A stretch of DNA of 62,679 bases from Chitinophaga pinensis (GTDB taxonomy: Bacteria; Bacteroidota; Bacteroidia; 2-12-FULL-35-15), in contig CAMBDK010000003.1 of the NCBI GenBank assembly GCA_945865315.1, forward strand, positions 1 to 62,679, given 5' to 3'. Position 1 is the first letter of the stretch. The number at the start of each line of letters is the position of its first letter. The notes beneath the pieces were generated by a model that worked only from the letters and a program-made list of their open reading frames with translations, was not told the DNA's origin and ran no database searches. A program made the position numbers and the translations under genes. This document shows, piece after piece, positions 1 to 10,014 of the stretch.

Positions 1-231
1 TTAAAATTACAGCAGGGCGACACTTTTTACATTTGTACAGACGGTTACGCAGACCAATTTGGCGGTGCAGAAGGGAAAAAATTAATGACAAAAAAACTGA
101 AAGAAATGCTGCTTGAAATACAAAGTAAAACAATGAAAGAGCAGAAGCAGCACTTAGCCAATTTTGTAGAAAATTGGAAAGCAGGAACAGAACAAGTGGA
201 TGACATTTTAATTATTGGCATTCGTGTATAA
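1..231 (+). CDS. C-terminal end of a PP2C/SpoIIE-family serine phosphatase domain protein (5' partial, enters from the window edge)
   Basis: Frame 1 is open from nt 1 to TAA at 229-231. The translation LKLQQGDTFYICTDGYADQFGG...KQHLANFVENWKAGTEQVDDILIIGIRV shows the typical end of a SpoIIE/PP2C domain (TDG...; DDIxxIGI). Confidence 0.6.
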   Translation, partial: LKLQQGDTFYICTDGYADQFGGAEGKKLMTKKLKEMLLEIQSKTMKEQKQHLANFVENWKAGTEQVDDILIIGIRV

Positions 232-313
232 CAGCCAGCGCAATTTGCAAGCACATTTTAAAACCTCGCAAATCAAAGCAAAGCCAAGGCTTTTAAAAGA
301 ACTTTCAAAAAAA

Positions 314-1018
314 ATGCAAACAAAATTAATAATAACTGCAGATGGCTCTCACTCTTTGTTTATAGAAGAATTAGACGAACATTACCATTCGGTACACGGT
401 GCTATTCAAGAAAGCAACCACGTTTTTATTGGTGCCGGCTTAAATAAAATAATTACAGGAAACCTTGGTCTTAAGTCGGGGAAAGCTACCGCCATTAATA
501 TTTTAGAAATTGGTTTAGGAACAGGTTTAAATGCGTTTCTAACATTTATGGAGTCCGCTAAATTATTAGTCAATATTGAGTATACAGCCATAGAAGCTTA
601 TCCAGTAAATATAGATTTGGTTAGGCAATTAAATTATGTTGAACAATTGGATTCAATGGCATATACGGATGTTTTTAATTTAATTCACAGCAGTGAATGG
701 GAAAAGCCTTTAGCGCTATCAAAACATTTTACCCTTTTTAAAATCAATAAAAAATTAGAGGAAACTATTTTTAAAACAAAATTCGATCTTATCTATTTTG
801 ATGCCTTTGGTCCGCGTGTTCAACCTGAAATGTGGGGAGAAGAAATATTTACAAAGTTATTCCATGTCATAGCCCCGGGAGGCTGTTTGGTAAGCTATTG
901 CGCTAAGGGGGAAGTAAAACGAACATTAAAAAGAGTTGGTTTTAGTGTTGAAACATTGCAAGGCCCTCCTGGTAAGCGTGAAATGATTAGAGCAAGCAAA
1001 GTAACAAACCTACAGTAG
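314..1018 (+). CDS. mnmD: Stand-alone MnmD-type tRNA (5-methylaminomethyl-2-thiouridine34) methyltransferase (MnmC methyltransferase-domain homolog)
   Basis: The internal ATG at 314 (MQTKLIITADGSHSLFIEELDEHYHSVHGAIQESNHVFIGAGL...) is the characteristic N-terminus of this family. It also has the SAM-binding-like ILEIGLGTGLN and DLIYFDAFGP motifs. The 33-codon upstream extension in the ORF track overlaps the preceding gene and is probably not translated. Confidence 0.7.
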   Translation: MQTKLIITADGSHSLFIEELDEHYHSVHGAIQESNHVFIGAGLNKIITGNLGLKSGKATAINILEIGLGTGLNAFLTFMESAKLLVNIEYTAIEAYPVNIDLVRQLNYVEQLDSMAYTDVFNLIHSSEWEKPLALSKHFTLFKINKKLEETIFKTKFDLIYFDAFGPRVQPEMWGEEIFTKLFHVIAPGGCLVSYCAKGEVKRTLKRVGFSVETLQGPPGKREMIRASKVTNLQ

Positions 1019-1283
1019 AGGTAAAACACACTTTTGAATTATGCCCTCCTATAAGTTGCTTAAAATTTATTTGAGAATAACTAGCTCCAAAATCTTTAGT
1101 ATGAAACACTTCTCCCATATCACATGCAACATAATATTTTTTGTTATTGGCAGGGTTAATTGACGAAGCAAATAGCGCTCCGCCACCACCAATGCCGCGC
1201 GAGCTAAATGATGCAGGCTGAGCCACCAAGATGCTTCCAAAAAGGATTACAGGAGCTAAAATTAATTTACAATAGTTTTTCAT
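987..1283 (-). pseudogene. N-terminal stub (signal peptide plus first repeat) of a BNR/Sortilin-VPS10/GH74-like secreted beta-propeller protein
   Basis: The 98-aa ORF has a signal peptide (MKNYCKLILAPVILFGSILVAQ). This is followed by RGIGGGGALFASSINPANNKKYYVACDMGEVFHTKDFGASY, which I recognise as the start of much longer BNR-type propeller proteins. The frame then runs into the convergent mnmD 3' end and stops. Confidence 0.4.
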
Positions 1284-1483
1284 TTTTTAAGTGTATGAAT
1301 TTTAGAAATGCCATAAAAGAAATTTGCAGTATCGTTTAAAAAACAAAATAAAATAAATTATACTAAATATAATTTGATTTTTGCATAATCTGTTTATTTT
1401 TTATTTACCCTATAATTTTAAAATGATAAAATTTAATTATTACTAAAATTCTATTATCTTCGTTACTTAAAAATAACGAAAGC

Positions 1484-2197
1484 GTGTCGAAGAGTTTAGT
1501 AATCATACCAACCTATAACGAGAAGGAAAATATTGAGCGAATGATTCGCAAAGTATTTTCGTTGACGCACCCATTTCATATTTTAATTATTGATGATGGA
1601 TCGCCAGATGGCACAGCAGCGATTGTTAAAGGGATGATACAAGAATTCCCTGCTAATTTATTTATTGAAGAGCGGATAGGAAAATTAGGGTTAGGGACTG
1701 CTTATATAAAAGGATTTAAATGGGCGATAGAACGAAAATATGAAACTGTTTTTGAAATGGATTGTGATTTTTCTCATAACCCAGATGATTTAATACGACT
1801 GCATCATTCCTGTTTAAATAATGCAGATGTAGCAATAGGTTCACGTTATGTAAAGGGTGGCAAGATAGAAAATTGGCCTAAAGGACGGGTGCTGATGTCC
1901 TATTTTGCATCTGTATATGTACGCATGGTTCTTTGGTTGCCAATATATGATACCACTGCAGGATTTAAATGCTATAAGATAAAAGTTTTAGAGCGCATAA
2001 ATTTTGATGAAATAAAATTTATTGGTTATGCCTTTCAAATTGAGATGAAATACACGGCATACAAATTAGGATTTAAGTTAATAGAAGTGCCGATTACTTT
2101 TATCGACAGGGCAGAAGGGGAATCAAAAATGGATAAAGGTATATTTAAAGAAGCGTTTTGGGGAGTATTGAAAATGGCGTTTAAAAAAATAAATTAA
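1484..2197 (+). CDS. GT2 family polyprenol/dolichol-phosphate mannosyltransferase-like glycosyltransferase
   Basis: GTG start. Motifs IIPTYNEKENI, IIDDGSPDGT, EMDCDFSHNP and GSRY are typical of Dpm1-like GT2 enzymes. Confidence 0.8.
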   Translation: MSKSLVIIPTYNEKENIERMIRKVFSLTHPFHILIIDDGSPDGTAAIVKGMIQEFPANLFIEERIGKLGLGTAYIKGFKWAIERKYETVFEMDCDFSHNPDDLIRLHHSCLNNADVAIGSRYVKGGKIENWPKGRVLMSYFASVYVRMVLWLPIYDTTAGFKCYKIKVLERINFDEIKFIGYAFQIEMKYTAYKLGFKLIEVPITFIDRAEGESKMDKGIFKEAFWGVLKMAFKKIN

Positions 2198-2237
2198 TTA
2201 AAAGCTCTTAAAAAAAACTTTTTATTTAATAAAAAAG

Positions 2238-3584
2238 ATGTCTGTTATATTAATAAAAAACGCAACCATTGTTAACGAAGGAGCCCTATTTACAGCGGAT
2301 GTACTTATTGAAAATAATTATATCTCTAAAATTGCACTTTCAGGAATTAATACCAAATCAGATCAAATAATAGATGGTAGCGGCAAATATTTATTTCCTG
2401 GCTGCATAGACGATCAGGTACATTTTCGTGAACCGGGCTTAGTGCATAAGGGAGAGATTTATACCGAAGCGAAAGCCGCAGTAGCCGGTGGTATAACATC
2501 CTATATGGAGATGCCTAACACCATACCCAACGTATTCACCCAAAAATTATTAGAAGAAAAATACCAACGAGCTACAGAAGTATCCTTAGCGAATTTTTCT
2601 TTTTTTATGGGAGCCTCTAACGAAAACATTGATGAGGTGCTTAAAACAAATCCTCAAAATGTTTGCGGAATAAAAGTATTTATGGGCTCGTCAACAGGAA
2701 ATATGTTGGTGGACAAACAAGAAGCGCTGGAAACTATATTTTCGAAATGTAAATTACTTATTGCAACACATTGCGAGGATGAGGCTATTATTAAAAAAAA
2801 CATGGCGCACTACAAGGAACTGTTTGGAGAGGATGTTCCCATTGAGTTCCACCCATTAATAAGAAGTGAAGAAGCGTGTTATAAATCAACTTCACTAGCA
2901 GTAGAATTGGCAAAAAAATACAATACAAGGCTACATGTTTTACATATTTCTACGGCTAAAGAAATAAGTTTGTTTGACAATAAAACGCCGTTGAAACAGA
3001 AACGAATTACCGCAGAAGCCTGCATTCACCATCTTTGGTTTAGTGACGAAGACTATAAAACAAAAGGGGCATCAATAAAATGGAACCCGGCAGTAAAAAC
3101 TAGTAATGATCGAAATTTAATATTGAAAGGCTTACTGGATAATAAAATAGACGTCATTGCAACAGACCATGCGCCGCATACCGAGGAGGAAAAAAAGCAA
3201 TCTTATTTTAAAGCTCCCTCCGGCGGGCCACTTGTGCAGCACTCTCTAGTAGCGATGCTTGAATTGTACCACAAGGGAAAAATATCGCTAGAAAAAATAG
3301 CAGAAAAAATGTCACACGCGGTTGCTGATTGTTTTCAAATTAATAAAAGAGGATATATTCGCGAAGGATATTATGCTGATTTAGTCCTGGTAGATTTAAA
3401 TAGCAGTTGGCTTGTAGATAAATCTAATATATTGTATAAGTGCGGCTGGTCGCCTTTTGAGGGGTACACCTTTCATTCAACAGTTACCCATACCATTATT
3501 AATGGAAATTTAATTTATGAAAACGGGAAATTTAATGAGCTAAAAAAGGGGATGCGCCTAACTTTTGACCGAGAAAAAACCTAA
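2238..3584 (+). CDS. pyrC: Dihydroorotase (amidohydrolase superfamily, long Bacteroidota type)
   Basis: Motifs DDQVHFREPG, GGITSYMEMPNT, GIKVFMG, ATHCEDE, LHVLHIST and IATDHAPH fit the cyclic amidohydrolase metal-ligand pattern. Confidence 0.85.
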   Translation: MSVILIKNATIVNEGALFTADVLIENNYISKIALSGINTKSDQIIDGSGKYLFPGCIDDQVHFREPGLVHKGEIYTEAKAAVAGGITSYMEMPNTIPNVFTQKLLEEKYQRATEVSLANFSFFMGASNENIDEVLKTNPQNVCGIKVFMGSSTGNMLVDKQEALETIFSKCKLLIATHCEDEAIIKKNMAHYKELFGEDVPIEFHPLIRSEEACYKSTSLAVELAKKYNTRLHVLHISTAKEISLFDNKTPLKQKRITAEACIHHLWFSDEDYKTKGASIKWNPAVKTSNDRNLILKGLLDNKIDVIATDHAPHTEEEKKQSYFKAPSGGPLVQHSLVAMLELYHKGKISLEKIAEKMSHAVADCFQINKRGYIREGYYADLVLVDLNSSWLVDKSNILYKCGWSPFEGYTFHSTVTHTIINGNLIYENGKFNELKKGMRLTFDREKT

Positions 3585-3659
3585 TAAAGCCCCTGAGCTG
3601 TTATATCAAAAATAAATTCGAAACTTCATAAATTTCTATTCGCTAATTCTTAATACCTG

Positions 3660-5021
3660 ATGTATTTATTACTAAAATCTCTTTTCCGAATATTTTATTT
3701 CATTTATTACAAGATTGCAATTAAGGGGAATGAAAATATTCCTAATAACAAGGCAATTATATTTGCACCAAATCATGTTAATGGTTTTATTGACCCTATT
3801 ACTGTTGCTATTATTATACCAATGAAAGTAAGGTTTTTTGCACGCGGGGATGTGTTTAGAGGTCGCTTAGTAAAATGGGCGCTTAACAGCATAAACATTA
3901 GCCCTATGTACCGCATGCAGGAAGGGTATAGCGAAGTGAAGAAAAACGATAAATCCTTTGAGGAGTGTCGTAATTTACTTGCCAATAATAAAGCTTTGCT
4001 TTTGTTTCCCGAAGCTATCTGTGTGCAACAAAAAAAGCTACAGCCCTTAAAGAAAGGGTTGGCAAGGATTTTATTTCAAACAGAAGAGCTCTTTGATTTT
4101 AAAAAGGATGTTTTAGTTGTGCCGGTAGGTTTAAATTATTCCGATCCTAAAAATTTCGGGAGCAAACTGTTTGTCAATTTCGGCTCCGCTATTTCTATCA
4201 GTAATTTTGAAAAAGATTACAGGCAAGATAAAGTGCGCACCATTAATGATTTTACAAAACATCTCGAACAAGAGATGAAGAAATTAATTATAACGGTAAA
4301 CAATACAGAAAATGAAGAATTGCTCCAGGGGATTATCGAAATATGTTTAGACCAATGGATGAATGAAAAAAATTACAAATTAAAAAATTTAGAAAAACAA
4401 TTTATAGTGAGTAAGGAAATTGCAGAAATGATAAATTTTATAGCCCTTGAAAATCCAAATGCCATCGAGTCGCTAAAAAAATTAATTTTTCCATATATCA
4501 AAGATTTAGAAAACTTGAAATTACAGGATAACTTATTGCGTCCCGAAACAATAAATAAAATGAATCCCCAAAAACACTTTTTGGATTTTTTCATCACCTG
4601 CTTAGGAATGCCTATTTATATTATTGGCTTGGCAGTAAACTACCCCCCATATTATGTTAGTAAAAATTTCACAAACAAAAAAGTAAAAAAAGCAGAGTTT
4701 TTTGCATCCATCTATTTAAATATGTCGATGTTCTTGTGGCTACTTTATTATGTCATACAATTATTTTTTGTTGCCTTTTTATTTCGCAGCAAAATGGCGC
4801 TGTTAGCATTTGCAATATTCACGCCTATCACAGGTTTTTTTTTATTAAGGTTTCATTCTAAAATGATGCAAACATTTGGCGGATGGAGGCTTTTTCGCTT
4901 GGTACTTAAAGAAAAAAATACAATAGAACAATTGATAAAAGTACGGATGCAAATTATTATAGAAATAGACCTTGCGAAAGAAAAATACAGGCGGGGGATA
5001 AAAAACAATTTTTCGGAATAA
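3660..5021 (+). CDS. Lysophospholipid/glycerol-3-phosphate acyltransferase family protein (PlsC-like domain) with a C-terminal membrane extension
   Basis: It has NHVNGFIDP (an acyltransferase HXnD-type block), LLFPEA and VPVGLNY blocks. The C-terminal third contains several hydrophobic helices. Confidence 0.65.
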   Translation: MYLLLKSLFRIFYFIYYKIAIKGNENIPNNKAIIFAPNHVNGFIDPITVAIIIPMKVRFFARGDVFRGRLVKWALNSINISPMYRMQEGYSEVKKNDKSFEECRNLLANNKALLLFPEAICVQQKKLQPLKKGLARILFQTEELFDFKKDVLVVPVGLNYSDPKNFGSKLFVNFGSAISISNFEKDYRQDKVRTINDFTKHLEQEMKKLIITVNNTENEELLQGIIEICLDQWMNEKNYKLKNLEKQFIVSKEIAEMINFIALENPNAIESLKKLIFPYIKDLENLKLQDNLLRPETINKMNPQKHFLDFFITCLGMPIYIIGLAVNYPPYYVSKNFTNKKVKKAEFFASIYLNMSMFLWLLYYVIQLFFVAFLFRSKMALLAFAIFTPITGFFLLRFHSKMMQTFGGWRLFRLVLKEKNTIEQLIKVRMQIIIEIDLAKEKYRRGIKNNFSE

Positions 5022-5111
5022 AATTTATACCCAATTTTCTGGTTCCAAATTATATTTATTTAATGGGTACTCGCATCTTTTAAAATGCATTAAAATATTT
5101 ACAACAAGGCT

Positions 5112-5723
5112 CTAATGCCTTCGAAAGCTACAAAATAAAAAGCTTTGAATTGTGTTGAATGGTGTTTTGTGATTTTCTGTTATGCACTTTATTCTTTCGA
5201 ATTTAGGCTCAAATCGGCTAGACATAGACAATTCGCTATACTGCTTTATTTCCAAGCCGCTACATTTTTCTGGCCCTGTTTCAGAAAAAGTGCCAAGTAT
5301 TAAATACCCATTAGGGCGTATCGCTTTTTCTGCAATAGATACGTAATTGTTTATTTTATTTTCCGATGTCAAAAAGTGAAAGGCCGCCCTATCGTGCCAG
5401 AAGTCGAATTGAACATTTGGAACAAACTCTGTTATATCACTAACTATCCAATTTACGTATTGCGCCTTTTCCCCTAATCTTTTTTTTACACGATTAATAG
5501 CGTTCTCTGATATATCAAGAACAAATATGTTTTTGAATCCTTTTTCGACAAGGGTATCTACAAAATTACTGTCGCCTCCTCCAATGTCAATGATGTTAGC
5601 ATCTAAAGGCAAATCGAACATTTCAAGAAAACTGATGGATGTTTTAGGGTAGGGCTGAAACCAGCTTACTTCATTTTCTGCTTTTGTTGCAAACACTTTT
5701 TCCCAATGATTTTTATTTTTCAT
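5112..5723 (-). CDS. Class I SAM-dependent methyltransferase
   Basis: It has IIDIGGGDSNF (SAM motif I) and VLDISENAI, with a typical length of about 200 aa. Confidence 0.75.
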   Translation of the reverse strand: MKNKNHWEKVFATKAENEVSWFQPYPKTSISFLEMFDLPLDANIIDIGGGDSNFVDTLVEKGFKNIFVLDISENAINRVKKRLGEKAQYVNWIVSDITEFVPNVQFDFWHDRAAFHFLTSENKINNYVSIAEKAIRPNGYLILGTFSETGPEKCSGLEIKQYSELSMSSRFEPKFERIKCITENHKTPFNTIQSFLFCSFRRH

Positions 5724-5889
5724 AAATTTAATTTTTAAAAAATATTATACCTATTGTAAAAAAATAAATGTTGCACCATAGCTAAAAATTAAGCTATAAA
5801 AATGCTGGTTTAAAATAAGGAAAGCTCTAATTTAATTTTTATTTATGATACCCTATTTAATACTAAAATCGCTATCCATTTTTTAAAAA

Positions 5890-7026
5890 TTATTTCTTAA
5901 AATTATCTAGTACTTCATTATAAACCTTTATATACATAGGCAATATTTTGTCGATATGAAATTTTGTGGCCTGCTCGTATGCATTTGCTTTAAATTTATT
6001 TAAAACAAATTCGTCTTGTAAGATGCTAATTGCATTGTTAGCCATTTCTTCCACATCGCCTACATTACTCAAATAGCCAGAATAGCCATTTTTATTTACT
6101 TCTGGCAGACCTCCTGAATTAGATGAAATAACAGGAACCCTCATTGCCATTGCCTCTAATGCTGCCAAACCAAAACTTTCGGTTTCAGAAGGCAATAAAA
6201 ACAAATCTGCAACCGATAAAATTTGTTCCGGATTTACAATTTTCCCTAAGGATTTTATATCGCTACAAGTATCTAGTTCTCTGCAAAGTTTTTCAATATT
6301 TCCCTTTTCGGGTCCATCCCCTATTAAAATTAATTTTGAAGGAATTTTTTTTCTTACCTTATCAAATATCCTCAATACATCTTCCACACGTTTTACTTTA
6401 CGGAAATTAGATACATGAATTAATAATTTTTCGCCATTTGGCGCAAAAGTTTTTCTTTGGCATTTTGTGCTTTCAAAATTAGCATCATTTAAATAAATAA
6501 AATTGGGGATAACGTGTATCTCTTTTTTAACTCCAGAAAAGTTTTTATAAGTATCTTGTTTTAAACTTTCCGAAACAGCCGTTACGGCATCACTTTGGTT
6601 TATTGCAAAAGTTATTACAGGTTCAAATGAGGGGTCTTTGCCTACTAAGGTAATATCGGTACCATGGAGTGTGGTAATAAATGGGATATTAATACCCTGC
6701 GATGCCAGTATTTGTTTGGCCATGAATGCTGCCGATGCGTGAGGAATAGCATAGTGAACATGCAACAAATCAAGTTTTTCATACTTTACAACATCTACGA
6801 GCTTACTAGACAAAACCAATTCATAAGGCTGGTATTCAAATAATGGGTAATCAGAAACGGATACTTCATGGTAAAATAAATTTCCTGATAAAAAATCTAA
6901 ACGTACCGGTGGGCTATAGGAAATAAAATGTATTTGGTGTCCTTTTTCTGCCAGCGCTTTTCCAAGTTCGGTAGCCACAACACCGCTGCCGCCAAATGTT
7001 GGATAACATACGATTCCTATTTTCAT
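5890..7026 (-). CDS. bshA: N-acetyl-alpha-D-glucosaminyl L-malate synthase BshA (GT4, bacillithiol biosynthesis)
   Basis: The N-terminus MKIGIVCYPTFGGSGVVATELGKALAEKGHQIHFISY is characteristic of BshA. The GT4 C-terminal motif ESFGLAALEAMA is present. Confidence 0.8.
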   Translation of the reverse strand: MKIGIVCYPTFGGSGVVATELGKALAEKGHQIHFISYSPPVRLDFLSGNLFYHEVSVSDYPLFEYQPYELVLSSKLVDVVKYEKLDLLHVHYAIPHASAAFMAKQILASQGINIPFITTLHGTDITLVGKDPSFEPVITFAINQSDAVTAVSESLKQDTYKNFSGVKKEIHVIPNFIYLNDANFESTKCQRKTFAPNGEKLLIHVSNFRKVKRVEDVLRIFDKVRKKIPSKLILIGDGPEKGNIEKLCRELDTCSDIKSLGKIVNPEQILSVADLFLLPSETESFGLAALEAMAMRVPVISSNSGGLPEVNKNGYSGYLSNVGDVEEMANNAISILQDEFVLNKFKANAYEQATKFHIDKILPMYIKVYNEVLDNFKK

Positions 7027-7086
7027 GGTATTTAATTTTTTTTCCCTTTGGATTAAAATAATAAATTAATTAGCTTACATTTTTTA

Positions 7087-10014
7087 TTATTTAACTGCAT
7101 CATAAATAATTTCCTGAATTTTATTTCGGATACCCGATTTTGATAATTTATTTTCATCCGCATCAGGATAAACTCTATTAGATAGGAATATATATATTAA
7201 TTGATTTTCAGGGTCAGCCCAAGCCATGGTACCAGTGAAACCAGAGTGCCCAAAACTTGCATTAGAAACACAATGACATACAGGGCTATCCTTTTTAGGA
7301 TTTGTTTCTGGTTTGTCAAAGCCGACAGCTCTCCTGTTATCCTTACAAAACTGACATTTAGTGCATTCCATTATTGTGGAAGAGTCTATGTATCGTTGCC
7401 CGGCATATTCTCCTTTGTTTAAAAATAATTGCATCATCACAGCTAAATCATTTGCGTTGGAAAATAAGCCAGCATGCCCACCAACTCCTCCTAACATGGC
7501 AGCCCCCTGGTCGTGAACATCTCCATGTATTAATTGTTTACGAAATTTTTTATCCACTTCTGTTGGTATAATCCTATCTATGGTAAAACGATCCCGAGGT
7601 TTGTATCCCATTGTAGGTAAGCCTAGTGGCAAGTAAAAATATTTTAACACATACCGCTCTAAAGGAACAAAAGTTTGTTTTTCAATAATTTTTTTTAAAA
7701 AATAATACCCAAGATCGCTATAAAGATAACTACCCCTTTCTTTTATTGGCGATTCTATAATTTGTTTGTAAATAGAGTCTTCATAATTTTTATTTATAAA
7801 TAAATTATCGGCAACGCGCTTAGAAAAAGTGTCATTTCTAATTTTATTATATATGAATGGTTTATACTCCCCATGTTCTATTGTTTTCATCCAAAAAGGA
7901 ACCCAATCTCTCAGTCCAGACTGGTGAGCAAGCATTTCTCGTATAATAACTCCTTCTTTATTTGTCCCAATTAATTCGGGCAAATAAGTTACTAAACGTT
8001 CATCTAAATTTATTTTTTTCTCATCTATCAGCTTCATCACAGAAGCGGTGGTGGCAGCAATTTTAGTTATTGAAGCCAAATCATAAAGGTCGTCATCTTT
8101 AACTTTTATTTTTTTATCATATGTATGGTACCCAAAGGATTTTTTGTAAATCACCTTTTCATTTTTAGCTACTAATATTTGGCAACCCGGATAAACCTTC
8201 TCATTTATACCCTTTACTGCAATGCTATCAATTAATGAAAACATTTTTGAATCGTAGCCCATTTCTTCTGGGATAGTATATTTAAACCGTATTTTTTTTG
8301 TTTCTATTCCAGCTCCTGCACTAAAATATGCGCTAGGAGATATTGGCAGCCTTCCCTTTGCGGCAATTCCACCAAATATTAATTGTGCTGAATAACTCTC
8401 GCTGTAATCATTGTCTTCATAACTCATTATTAATCCGTCAACAAATTGCAGGCTGTCTATTTTTGCTAGTATGTATGGGTTTGCAGCTACATCCACAATT
8501 ACTTTTGTTTGTTTCATCAAATACTTTAATAAAGCTATTACAGAAGGTGTTAAGCCAAAATTTTGATTCGGTTTATTATTTGTATTATTAAGATGAACTA
8601 TTATTAAATTATAGTTTTTTAATATTTTTTTTATTGTGTCGAATGCCCCACTTTTAGCTTCTTTATCTATTCCGAAATGTTTTACAGTAGCGTAATTTGA
8701 AAGCGTTTGTTGAAATTTGTTCAACTCTTTATAACCTAATGATAAGGAAGCGATGCGCAAGGTATCTATATTTTGGATTGGGATAATATTGTTTTTGTTT
8801 TTCAACAATGTTAGCGAGGCTTCCGTTAATTTACGATTAATCAGTTCCGCCTTGCAGGTATTTAGATCGCTTCCCAAGTTTTTTATTTTGATAGGCTTAT
8901 AATGATTTAAACCGGCCCATTGCTTCGCTAATAATATTTTCATGCATCGTTTATCAATTTCCTCTTGAGAAATTTCACAATTTAAAATTGCGGTCTTAAT
9001 TTCCTTAATTGCTGTTGGCACATCTTCCGGAAACAATAACACATCATTGCCTGCTATCAATGCTTTTACATCTACTTCCCCTGGTTTGTAAAACTTACTA
9101 ACTCCTTTCATATTTAAAGCATCGGTAAATACAAGCCCTTTAAAGCCAAGCGTATCTTTCAGTAAATTTGTAACTATTTTTTTTGAAAGCGTAGAGGCTT
9201 GATTTATTGTAGTGTCCAGCGCTTTAACATATAAATGCGCAACCATCACACTGCCTAAACCATTTGAAATAAGCTCCTTGAAAGGGTAAAGCTCCAAAGT
9301 ATCCAGCCTTTCTAACGATGAATTTACCGTTGGCAATGTTTTATGAGAATCGCTGTCGGTATCGCCGTGACCTGGAAAATGTTTTGCGTTTGCTAATACA
9401 CCATTATCCTGCATCCCTTTCATATACATGATTGCTTTGCGTGTAACATTATATTTATTTTCGCCAAAAGATCGATTGCTAATTACAGGGTTAAGGGGAT
9501 TGTTGTTTATATCTACCACTGGAGCAAAATTTATTTGCATGCCCAAACGTTTACACTGGCGTGCTATTTCGTAACCCATCTCATAAATTAAACTATCGTT
9601 TTGGATTGCACCCAATGTCATCTGCCTTGGAAATTTTGTGGTGCTATCCAAGCGCATCGCCAAACCCCATTCAGCATCAATAGCTATAAACAAAGGTACT
9701 TTAGAGCAATACTGAAAACAATTCGCCAATTTAGCTTGCCGCACCGGACCACCTTGAAAAAATATCAAGCCCCCAATTTTATAAATATCTACTAGTTTTT
9801 TTATTTCTTTTTCATGAGCTTTATCCTTGTTTGAATATGCCGCTACCATAAATAACTGGGCAATACGTTCTTCGGGGTTTAATGATTTAAATACTGAATC
9901 CGCCCATTTGGTATCCTTTAAATAAAATGGAGGATCCCCATTATTTATTTTAGGTGTAAAGCTTTCAAAAAAAATTACTAAAAGAGATAATATAAAAAAT
10001 ATACTTTTTTTCAT
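7087..10014 (-). CDS. Secreted fusion protein: GH3 beta-N-acetylhexosaminidase (NagZ-like) N-terminal half plus serine beta-lactamase/DD-peptidase-fold C-terminal half
   Basis: It has a signal peptide and the GH3/NagZ motif KHFPGHGDTDSDSH. The C-terminal half carries SITK (SxxK), YSD and HSG motifs of class C beta-lactamase-like serine hydrolases. Confidence 0.85.
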   Translation of the reverse strand: MKKSIFFILSLLVIFFESFTPKINNGDPPFYLKDTKWADSVFKSLNPEERIAQLFMVAAYSNKDKAHEKEIKKLVDIYKIGGLIFFQGGPVRQAKLANCFQYCSKVPLFIAIDAEWGLAMRLDSTTKFPRQMTLGAIQNDSLIYEMGYEIARQCKRLGMQINFAPVVDINNNPLNPVISNRSFGENKYNVTRKAIMYMKGMQDNGVLANAKHFPGHGDTDSDSHKTLPTVNSSLERLDTLELYPFKELISNGLGSVMVAHLYVKALDTTINQASTLSKKIVTNLLKDTLGFKGLVFTDALNMKGVSKFYKPGEVDVKALIAGNDVLLFPEDVPTAIKEIKTAILNCEISQEEIDKRCMKILLAKQWAGLNHYKPIKIKNLGSDLNTCKAELINRKLTEASLTLLKNKNNIIPIQNIDTLRIASLSLGYKELNKFQQTLSNYATVKHFGIDKEAKSGAFDTIKKILKNYNLIIVHLNNTNNKPNQNFGLTPSVIALLKYLMKQTKVIVDVAANPYILAKIDSLQFVDGLIMSYEDNDYSESYSAQLIFGGIAAKGRLPISPSAYFSAGAGIETKKIRFKYTIPEEMGYDSKMFSLIDSIAVKGINEKVYPGCQILVAKNEKVIYKKSFGYHTYDKKIKVKDDDLYDLASITKIAATTASVMKLIDEKKINLDERLVTYLPELIGTNKEGVIIREMLAHQSGLRDWVPFWMKTIEHGEYKPFIYNKIRNDTFSKRVADNLFINKNYEDSIYKQIIESPIKERGSYLYSDLGYYFLKKIIEKQTFVPLERYVLKYFYLPLGLPTMGYKPRDRFTIDRIIPTEVDKKFRKQLIHGDVHDQGAAMLGGVGGHAGLFSNANDLAVMMQLFLNKGEYAGQRYIDSSTIMECTKCQFCKDNRRAVGFDKPETNPKKDSPVCHCVSNASFGHSGFTGTMAWADPENQLIYIFLSNRVYPDADENKLSKSGIRNKIQEIIYDAVK

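Noticed and set aside
215-313. Upstream extensions given by the ORF track at 215-313 (mnmD), 21351-21449 (DUF4476), 23144-23179 and 24634-24807 (PorP/SprF genes), 34589-34669 and 18845-18889 (lipoproteins), and 33660-33698 (HAD).
   Set aside because: In each case an internal ATG yields a canonical N-terminus (a signal peptide, a lipobox, or the conserved family start). The extension also overlaps the preceding gene or lacks similarity.
2238-3584. The dihydroorotase has DDQVHFREPG, with Gln in place of the first His of the usual HxH metal-binding motif. I considered it as a possibly inactive PyrC'-like paralog.
   Set aside because: The remaining ligands (the Lys in IKVFMG, ATHCEDE, LHVLH, DHAPH) are present. 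As far as I recall, QVH is the lineage-typical form in Bacteroidota dihydroorotases. It is therefore probably normal for the clade rather than a sign of inactivation.
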